Source: Histomonas meleagridis 2922-C6/04-290x (lineage: Eukaryota > Protista > Parabasalia). From it: a DNA stretch of 64,000 bases. Every line of letters starts with the position of its first letter. Position 1 is the stretch's first letter. The DNA is taken from the NCBI GenBank assembly GCA_020184695.1, contig JAANOX010000171.1, positions 1 to 64,000 on the forward strand. The letters are read 5' to 3'. A model generated the notes under the pieces. It did no database searches, was not told where the DNA came from, and saw nothing but the letters and a program-made list of their open reading frames with translations. Shown in pieces: positions 54,886-64,000 of this stretch. The position numbers and the translations under genes were made by a program.

Positions 54886-57050
54886 TTATTTCATCCAATT
54901 TTCTCTTACACAACATTCCATTAATTCCAATGATTCGAACTTATCTTCTGGTGATTTCAAAGTAGCGAAAGCCAAATAGATGCACAACAAAAACGAATAT
55001 AATTGAACGACAGCTTGTTTTGCAATTATTAAATGTTTCAAATTCATTAAATATTTTCGAATTTCATCCAAAATTGTTTTCAAAGACAAATTTTCAGGTT
55101 GTAATTCGAATTGTGAATTTAGAAATGTTAATACTTCATCCATTTTATACTTAATTTTATTCCATTGTTCAGATATAACATTTAAAAGTTCAATATCGAA
55201 ATCTTTTTTTTTTTATTAAAACTATACAGTAAAGAAGACAATTGAAACTTTTTAACAAATTCTTTTAAAGAAATTTCATTTTTATTTTTAGATTTCGATG
55301 CAAAAATTTTTACAAATTTATTTATTTGTTCATATGTAATATTATTAAAAAACATTTTCTCATTAGAAATTTTAGATTTAATTTTATACACATTTAACAT
55401 ATTCTCAAACCTATTTAAAAAGTCATTATAATAATACTCAACACATTTTCTTAATATATTATGCATTGCGATATCGCAGGTCTTGAAATAGTCATTTCGA
55501 AAATCGAATTCAAAAAAATTTTATCATAAAAAGGCAAAATATTTTCGATTTGATTTTAGTATGCGTAACACAGAATAACCATTAATTATACATTTCGCTC
55601 TCAATTTGATAAAAAACGCAATTTGTTCCTCATTTAAAATCTCAAACAAAAACTCAATAAAAAAATCAATTTCGGAAGTTCTTTCCATATGGAAGTTTCA
55701 TACAAGTATTATATAAATCCCAACAATATTGTTCTGCTTGGAAAGGAATTTTAAATTCCTTTTGTGAATAACTGATAATAAATTCCGGAAATTTCATAAT
55801 TTTCGATTTGTTTATCAAAATTTGATTTCGAATCATAAATTTCATTCATTTCATATAATATCCACGTAAAACTTTTGGGTAAACGTTGTTAATAATTTGA
55901 AGAAATTAAATTCAAAAAACGAATTTCATTTTCATTATTATTATTTATATCTATTTCATTATATTTAAAGTTTGTGCATAATTATCATTTAAAGAAGGTT
56001 TAATTGCATTTTTAATACAATTTTTAACTAAAAACGAAGTAAATAACTTAAAAAATTGTTATCTTTTTCAGTAAGTAAAAAATTTCCTTTTAATATTAAA
56101 TTAACTTTATTTATGTCCGCTCGAAACTCATTTTCATATTTCATTAAAGATGTTTTAAATAATGCAAAATCTTCATAAGAATTAATTTCAATTGTTTTAT
56201 ATAACGTTGAAATAGAACTTTTTACATATTCGTTTTTAACTAATTCATATAAATCTTTACTTATATTATTTGCTTTATTATTCGAATACCAAAATATGTT
56301 TTCAACATGACAATCTCGGCGTGAAATAATTTCATTGACCTCTGTTTTAATATCATTAATTTGGGAAATTAAATGGTTTTGTTGATCATTTAATTCTTTG
56401 AGATGCGTTTTTAATTGTAAAATTGATGATTTATGATTATCGATTTTATTATTAATGGATGAAACTATGGAGTCATAATGAGATTTGATAGATGGATAGA
56501 ACCCTTTGTTTCAACAAAGAAGCTTCGGCAATTTTAAATGAAATCACTTCATCTGTACTCTCGATAAAATATTGTCGAACTACTTCAGAAAATATTTCAT
56601 TGTACGATTTCTCAATATTGGAGTTTGAGTCTTTTTGAGCTTGAGAAATGAGTCAATCTAATATTTCGCTTAAAATTTGAATCTGTCGGTGGATCATATG
56701 GACCCAAATATTTAAAATAAAACCCATTAGGGGCTTCATGTGGCTGTCTGCTTTTAATCTCAACTTTAATGTTTGGTTGTATTATTTCATTTTTTTCAGA
56801 TTTTGTAATAGAATAGGATGTTTTGGGACGAATTTTCTGGGTTCTAACATAAGATTTGAAACGTGTGGTTGACGGGGTCGGTTGTATTTCATTTGGTATT
56901 GGAGGCTTTGAATAAATAATTGTATGTTGAGATGGTGTTTTTCCTAACAAACCTGATCTAACAAGTGCTGGTTCAATTTCTTTGTTGTGGGATTAGGTTG
57001 TATAGTTTTATTTCGAAAGACACCCCAAGTAAAGTGGAGTGTTGCATCCC
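54886..57050 (-). pseudogene. Decayed coiled-coil protein gene
   Basis: Consecutive coding-like segments (…GKTPSQHTIIY…, …SNIEKSYNEIF…, …HLKELNDQQ…, MHNILRKC…, MDEVLTFL…) broken by several frameshifts and stops. Confidence 0.5.
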
Positions 57051-57125
57051 AGATTCTAACGGATTTTTTTCAATTTGATTTAATCGTTGACAATAAACTG
57101 TCAGTTTTCTTTTTCTTATAGGGTA

Positions 57126-60100
57126 ATGGAAGAAAATAAATTTTTCCATTTGTTAAAAGCAATTCAAAATATCACTTTAAATATAAACGAAGATAACATA
57201 TTATTTGATGTTCAAGTAATTCTTTCTCTTTTTGATGATAATTTTTCATATTCTTTTAACCTCATTATTTGCAAATCGTTATATTCATCTTTTGCTTCAC
57301 GAATAACAGATTTTAATTTATGTTTTGAATTCTTGAAAGCAATTGAAAAAAATGAAAAAGAATTAACTAAAAGTAATTATAAAATTTTAGATATTTTTGC
57401 ACAATTTCTTTTAACAAAATCAACTCAAGAATCCGATTATCTTCTAGAAAAATTACTTGAACAAAACATAATTAGTTCGGAAATTGTTAAAAATAAGTCA
57501 ACATTATATTTTGCGCAATATAAAACTTTAGAAGAAATCAAAAATTCGGATTACTTAGAATATGAAACACCTTTTTGGAATGATTTTTTTGATAACTATG
57601 AGCAAATTTCGAAAGATAATTTTAAACTTCATAAACAATTAACTTATGAAGGGGTTAATCCATTAAAATTAGCTATAATAATCCGAAATGACGAAATAGA
57701 AAAGCTTCAAAAATTATCATCTTCACAAAATGAATTTGATTATAATCAAAAAATTAAACCATCACTTTATGAAAGATATACTTTTATTAACAATGATACT
57801 ATTTCACTTATTGATTATGCAGCATTTTTTGGATCAATAAAATGTTTTAAATTCTTATTTTTGAATGGTTCTAATACAACAAATACAGGTAAATATGCAA
57901 TTGCTGGAGGAAATTTAGAAATAATTCATATTTGTGAAGGGAATAAAGTAATATTTAAAGATGCATGTGATGCAGCAATTGAATATCATCGCAATGATAT
58001 TTTTAAATATATTTATGAAAACAAAATTTTCGATATAAAATATTTAAATGATTTAGTACGAAAATGTATTTTATATAATAATTATGAACTTTTAAAATAT
58101 TTTATTGATAAAGGAATTGAAATCGATGATTCTATTATCAATGAAGCAGCAAAGAATGGAAATTTGTTTCTTGTTAAATATTTTTTTGAAGAAAATTATA
58201 TTCCAAATGATATTTTGGTTTCAATAACAAAATCAGGAAACATCGAATTATTTAAATATATTCTTGAGCAAAGAAAAGTTAACATCAATATCAAAGATAT
58301 TTAATATTTTTTTATAGCATTTATTTCGAAAAAATTGGATATATTTAAATTTATTGGAGTTTCTTATCGCCATTTAATACAGCTCTTATGATTGCCTCTG
58401 AATATGGATATACAGAAATTGTTAAAATACTTCTTGAACAGGAAGGAATTCTCATTAATAGTAGAAATATAATTTTATATCATTTAAAATTTCTTTTTAA
58501 AAAATGATATATGAAAATAATTTTCGGAGTTAAAGTAGATTATTTAAAACAGCAATTTTTTTGACATCACAATATGAAATAGTTAAATTGCTTTTCTACC
58601 GTAAAGAAATTGATATTAATCCCAAGGCTGTAAATTTTTTCAATTTAAAATTTATTTTAATATTTTAATATTTTGAAATAATGTTTGGAAATTATTTAAT
58701 ATATTTTGGAAAGCATTAATTTATGCATCACAAAAAGGTTATACCGAAATAGTAAAATTACTTCTTGATCAAAAAGAAATTGATATTAATGCCAAAACTA
58801 TTTATTTTTTGCATTTAAAATCTCAATTTATAAATTCAGATTTCAAAAATATATTTGGAAATTGTTCAAAACATTTGATACAGCACTTATTTTAGCTTCT
58901 CAAAATGGACACACAGAAATAGTTAAATTACTTCTTGAACAAGAAGAAATTAAAGTTAATATTAGAACTATTTGTTTATATTATTTAAAATTTATTGTAA
59001 TAATTTGATATTTTAAAACTATATTTAGAAGTTATTTAAATTATTTGAGACAGTACTTATTTTAGCTTCTCAAAATGGGCATACAAAAATAGTCAAATTA
59101 CTTCTTGAACAAAAAAAAATTTATATTAATGCTAAAAATATTTGTTTTATTTATATGACATTTTTTTTGATGATAAAATATTTCAAAATAATATTTGGAA
59201 ATTATTTAAATTATTTGAAACAGCACTTATGAAAGCATCTTATAATGGTCATATAGAAATAGTTAAATTACTTCTTGAACAAGAAGAAATATATATCAAT
59301 GCTAAAAATATTTATTTGTTTTATTTGAAATTTATTTTAATAATTTTTTATTTCAAAATAATATTTGGAAATTATTTAAATTATTTTCGACAGCACTTAT
59401 TTTGGCGTCTGCTCGAGGTCATATAGAAATAGTTAAATTACTTCTTGAACAAGAAGGAATTGATATTAATGCTAAAAATATTTATTTGTTTTATATAGAA
59501 TTTATTTTAATAATTTAAAAATTCAAAACAATTTTTGGAACTTATATAAAATATTTTATACAGCACTTATATGTGCATCTTGGAATGGTCATACAGAAAT
59601 AGTTAAATTACTACTTGAGCAAAAGGAAATTGATATTAATGCTAAAAATATATGTTTATTATGTTCAAAATTTATTTTATTAATTTTATGTTTCAAAAGA
59701 ACATTTGGAAATAATTTCAAATGTATGAAACAGCGCTTATTATAGCTTCACAAAAAGGGTACAAAGAAATAGTTAAAATACTTCTTGAACAAGAAGGAAT
59801 TGATGTTAATGCTAAAACTATTTATTTGCTTTATTTTGTGTTTACTTTAATCATGTGGTATTTATAAATAATATTTGGAAATTAATTAAATTATTTTGGA
59901 CAGCATTAATAACTGCACGTAGAAGCAAACATAAAGAAATAGTTAAATTGCTTTTCGAATTAAAAGGTGATGAAGTAATTGATGAATTTAATATTTGTTC
60001 CATTAATTGTTCACTTCAATCACTAGTTATTGACCAACAATATTTCTTATATTGCAAAATAAATAAAAATAATAGTCATATAGATGGAAGAATTCCATTA

Positions 60101-60142
60101 CAGAAACAATACCTGAACGGTAAATTTTCAGTAATAAAATAG
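57126..60142 (+). CDS. DUF3447-like/ankyrin-repeat gene B with ten ankyrin segments, each preceded by an 80-nt (4x20) insert; predicted 778 aa after removing 40 17-nt spacers
   Basis: N-terminal segment 57126-58298. Stop-free ankyrin segments start at 58379, 58549, 58710, 58880, 59050, 59220, 59390, 59560, 59730 and 59900. 3017-680=2337 nt=779 codons. Confidence 0.8.
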
Positions 60143-60461
60143 GTATTTTGTGTTTTTTGTAATGATTTCCGGAAGAAGAACATTATTCCTTATAAGACAT
60201 AAAAGATTTTGATTTCCAGGTGAGGTGGCGATAAATATTTGAAATGTTTACTTCTATGTAAAGCACACAACATTGGCGTTTTTTTTCTGAGCTGGAAAAT
60301 GAGGTCACTTAATCAACATTGCCATCTTTTTACCCACAAAAAACCTCTCTAAATTATTTCCAATGTTTGACAACTCTGGTATGGTCCATACAACATATAA
60401 TTCAAAAATAGAAAATGATTCAAATAATCAATCAATATATTTTCAAATATAAAATTTACTC

Positions 60462-62803
60462 ATGCAAATAATTTCAGATCTCAGCCAAGAAAATCTTGAT
60501 TTATCAATTAAACAAACTATGGATTTATTTGATTCAAAATATCCATTTACATTTAATCATGTAATTTGTGGTTTAATTTACTCTACTTTCAAATCAATGC
60601 GAGATAATAGTGATATATATATAATGTATTTGAAGGCAGTTCAAACCAAAGAAGAAGGATTAACACATAACATCCCTAAGCTCCTTGATCAATTTGGTAA
60701 GTATATTGTTCGCTTTAAAGAAGGGGAATCATACTATCTTTTTAATGAAATGATAGAACAACAATTAATTGATGTAAAAATTCTTAAGAATATTCAATCA
60801 TATTATTTTTTGCATCTTAAAACAAACATTTTTGATGACGATCCACTTAGTAAAATAGTGATAAATAATTATGATAAACTTTCGGAAAATAATTGGGAGC
60901 TTCATAAGAAATTAATTAAAGAAGGAATTAATCCAAATGAAATTGCAAAAATAATTCGAAATGACGAAATCGAAAAACTTCAAGAAATATCATCACAAGA
61001 TGATTTTAATTTTAACCAAACAATTAAACCATCACTTTATGAAAGATATTCATTTATTAATCAAGAAAATATTTCATTAATTGATTACGCAGCATTTTTT
61101 TGTTCAATACAATGTTTTAAATATTTGCTTATGAATGGTGCAAATGTATTTAATGCAGGTAAATATGCAATTACAGGAGGAAACATTGAAATCATTCATT
61201 TATCGAACAAAATAATTCATCATTTCAAGATGCTTTTGAAACAGCAATTAAATTTCAAAAAAATGATATCTTATCATAAATGACTTCAAATATTTGAAAT
61301 TTCAACACAATTTATGGAATTTTTTTAATTTGTTTTTAACAATTTTTATGATTGTAGTTATCAATGGTTATACTGAAATTGTCAGATATCTTCTTAAATA
61401 TCAAGTTATTGATAGTCATGTTAAGGATAATATATAATTCAACAATATAAAATTTCTTTGTATTATTTGGAATTTATATATAATGTTTAGTACTGCTTTA
61501 ATGCATGCAGCATTAAGCGGTCATATAGAAATAGTAAAATTATTACTTGAACAAGAAGGAATTGTTATCAATATTGATGATATCTATTTAAACAATTTTG
61601 TAACTTATTATAACATTTGATGTTTTTTCTGATTATTTAAAACACTTTTTATATTAGGCTTATTAAATGGGTATAAAGAAGTTTTTGTATTATATATTAA
61701 ACGAAAAGGAATTGATGTAAATATTCTTTAAAATATTTTGAAAATTCATTGTAATATTTAGAAATTACTTATCAAATTTAATACAGCACTTCTTCTAGCA
61801 ACATTAAATGGTCGAATTGAAATTGTTAAATTACTTCTTAAGCTTGATGGTATAAACATTAATACTAATACTATATATTTAATTCATTTTCATTTTATTT
61901 TATCATAATAAAGTCTCAAAATAATATTTGGAAAATATTTAAATTATTTTATACAGCACTTATGATTGCATGTGAATTAGATTATATTGAGATTGTTAAA
62001 TTGCTCCTTGAACAAGAAGGAATTGATGTTAATGCTAAAGATATTTATTTGTTCTATTTGAAATTTATTTTAATAATTTGATATTTCAAAATAATATTTG
62101 GAAATTATTTAAATTATTTGAAACAGCACTTATTTTAGCATCTTATTATGGTCATACAGAAATAGCTAAATTACTTCTTGAACAAGAAGAAATATATATC
62201 AATGCTAAAGATATTTATTTGTTCTATTTGAAATTTATTTTAATAATTTTTTATTTCAAAATAATATTTGGAAATTATTTAAATTATTTGAAACAGCACT
62301 TATTTTAGCATCTTCAAATGGTTATACAGAAATAGTTAAATTACTACTTGAACAAGAAGGAATTGATATAAATGCTAAAGATATTAATGTTTATAATTTA
62401 TTTTTGGAATTTATTATTACGACTTGAAAGTGAATTGATGAAAGCAAAACATAAAGATAATAATGATATTGTTGGATTAATACTTGAGCAAAATAAGTTT
62501 ATTCTACAACAAGAAAAATTAGACATCAACGATAATGTTTCAACTGATCGTAGAGATAATTTCATACCAAGACATTGTACTTTTGAACAAACTGGATATA
62601 AACAAGTACAACATAATAAGTGTTATAGGTGTAAAACATGTATGTGCAATTACTCAATTTGTGAGGAATGCGCAAAGGTTTGTCATAAGGGACACCAAGT
62701 AATTTCAGTGGGTAGTGAAAAAATGTTTTGCGGATGCGGAGCAGGTAATTTCGCGTCCCCATGTAAACTAATTTCAAAATGTAAAACTCAAAATAATAAA
62801 TAA
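60462..62803 (+). CDS. DUF3447-like/ankyrin gene C with C-terminal UBR-type zinc finger; 5' part frameshifted and partly deleted
   Basis: Same N-terminal module, with a frameshift near 61203. Ankyrin segments at 61339, 61492, 61642, 61783, 61953, 62123, 62293 and 62429. C-terminal CTFEQTG...CYRCKTC...CEECAKVCHKGH...FCGCG. Confidence 0.7.
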
Positions 62804-62898
62804 AGATTACATTAATAAGAAAAAATAAAACAAAAATTTTACTTTTCTTCGTTTCATTATTATTTTTAATTGAAATAAAAAAGTAAATTTATTTGTTT

Positions 62899-63513
62899 TT
62901 ACCAACCATACATAATAGCAGGATTAGATTGCTTAGTGTCGTAGCTTTGGAAGCCATCGCTTCTCTTTTCGCAGCAAACGCGTTTGAACGCAAAGACAAT
63001 TCCAACAATCAAGAAAATCGAACATATGATTAATATGATAGCAATGATTTTCTGTGCCTTAGAGAAAGTTGCTTCATACGCTTCCTTACATGTTCTTTCA
63101 GAAAGTGCTGGTTCATCCCAATACTTGCAATCAAAATATTGTTCAAATGAAGAAGCAAAGTCTGGATTATCATTAAACTCACGAGAGACAAATTCTGTAA
63201 GGGAAGATGTTATTGCAAAAAGAACAATGATATTTAAAACAATATAAATCGTAAAAAATATATAGATTGTTGCAAGAAAACATTTGAGGGATCTATTTGA
63301 GGAGAATCCTGCAAACGTTGAAAACACGAAAATAACAATAAATATGACCAAAGTAATGATTAAACCTGTTCTAAGTGAATTATAAGAAATGGTTTCTGAA
63401 GAATGGTCAAAAATATATAATAACATTGAAATTAGTGCAATCATAGATCCCATTGTAATAAGATTTAGTATTGTATAACCAACACCACCAATGTACTTAG
63501 AGCAATTCACCAT
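62899..63513 (-). CDS. Tetraspanin-like four-TM protein
   Basis: Three TM segments, a loop with two Cys (FDCKYW...RTCKE), TM4 and a juxtamembrane RVCC. ATG at 63513. Confidence 0.7.
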   Translation of the reverse strand: MVNCSKYIGGVGYTILNLITMGSMIALISMLLYIFDHSSETISYNSLRTGLIITLVIFIVIFVFSTFAGFSSNRSLKCFLATIYIFFTIYIVLNIIVLFAITSSLTEFVSREFNDNPDFASSFEQYFDCKYWDEPALSERTCKEAYEATFSKAQKIIAIILIICSIFLIVGIVFAFKRVCCEKRSDGFQSYDTKQSNPAIMYGW

Positions 63514-63741
63514 GTGCACGTGTACGTTATTTGCCAAATAACCGTCCGGATGGTATTTTAACGGTCATTTCATGAACGGTGACAATTGTCAAATTTGCAA
63601 ATTTTTGAAAATGATGTTGAATGCAACGATACGAATTAATTCAATTTACTTGTTATAATATTAAGAATTTTAAAAGCATTCAAATTTTTGTTGTATCGCA
63701 TGCGTTATTTTTTATTTCCATAGAATATTTATAAAAAAGAT

Positions 63742-64000
63742 ATTTGTTTATTTGATATTTCAAATTTATATATGAAATTTATTTGCATTTTTTCAAACAG
63801 CACTTATTATTGCATGTTCAAAAGGATATGAAGAAATTGAACTTTTTCTTAAATAAAAAGGAATTCCTTTTTATCTATCGATGGATATTAATGCTAAAGA
63901 TAACAATGGCAATAAAGCAATAGATTTGGCAGGTAAAAATTTTAATAATAAAATTGTGTCATGTATAGAGGCAATTAAATCATCTTTAGGGGAACAAAAC
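63742..64000 (+). pseudogene. Ankyrin-repeat relic with one interrupted and one uninterrupted junction
   Basis: 55-nt spacer-like insert, then TALIIACSKGYEEI... with an internal stop, then DINAKD-NNGN-KAIDLA (63887-63931). Confidence 0.6.

Noticed and set aside
58299-58378. 17-nt mobile element with a 3-nt target-site duplication
   Set aside because: Adjacent triplets are not copies of each other, and the 46- and 63-nt junctions keep four codons with fewer spacers.
59314-59393. Single 80-nt RT...ACAG spliceosomal-like intron per ankyrin junction
   Set aside because: It is in frame but deletes T-A of the TAL motif and the whole hairpin. There is no branch point, several junctions lack AG (25686, 61339, 61492, 61642, 62429), and it does not explain the x-x-G-x triplets.
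59142-59426. Hydrophobic ORF pieces (IYLFYLKFILIIFYFKIIFG) as TM helices, or stop-codon reassignment/readthrough
   Set aside because: These are translations of AT-rich spacers. Inserts change frame and have stops in varying frames, and normal genes here end in TAA/TAG/TGA.

Overview
AT-rich eukaryotic DNA from a parabasalid (trichomonad-like) protist. Support: a spliceosomal intron with the parabasalid GTATGT...ACTAACACACAG signature, TCA(C/T)T initiators, an M3+M5 promoter, and BspA-like and DUF3447/ankyrin families. About 27 genes or gene relics are present: proteasome beta1, coactosin, YIF1, APH1-like, SF3A1, an SDR epimerase, BspA, two CAMK kinases, a TBC-like protein, RPL37, a GBP-like GTPase, Atg18, a nitroreductase, a NEK-Ras fusion, a 24xC2 giant, RBBP5-like, a divergent Rho, beta-adaptin and a tetraspanin-like protein. 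Main discovery: the three DUF3447-ankyrin genes look like pseudogenes, but they decode into canonical ankyrin arrays under one rule. The four codons of each beta-hairpin linker (x-x-G-x) sit in the DNA as single 3-nt pieces, each preceded by a 17-nt non-GT-AG spacer (purine...TTT), forming 20-nt units. Removing 40 spacers from 57126..60142 gives one open 778-aa frame with linkers such as KD-SWGN-TAL, RN-KDGK-TAI and KN-DNGE-TAL. Junctions with only 2 or 3 spacers still give x-x-G-x. The mechanism (non-canonical micro-splicing, ribosome bypass or DNA-level excision) cannot be determined from sequence alone. Isolated single-base frameshifts in conserved genes suggest some assembly indel errors.
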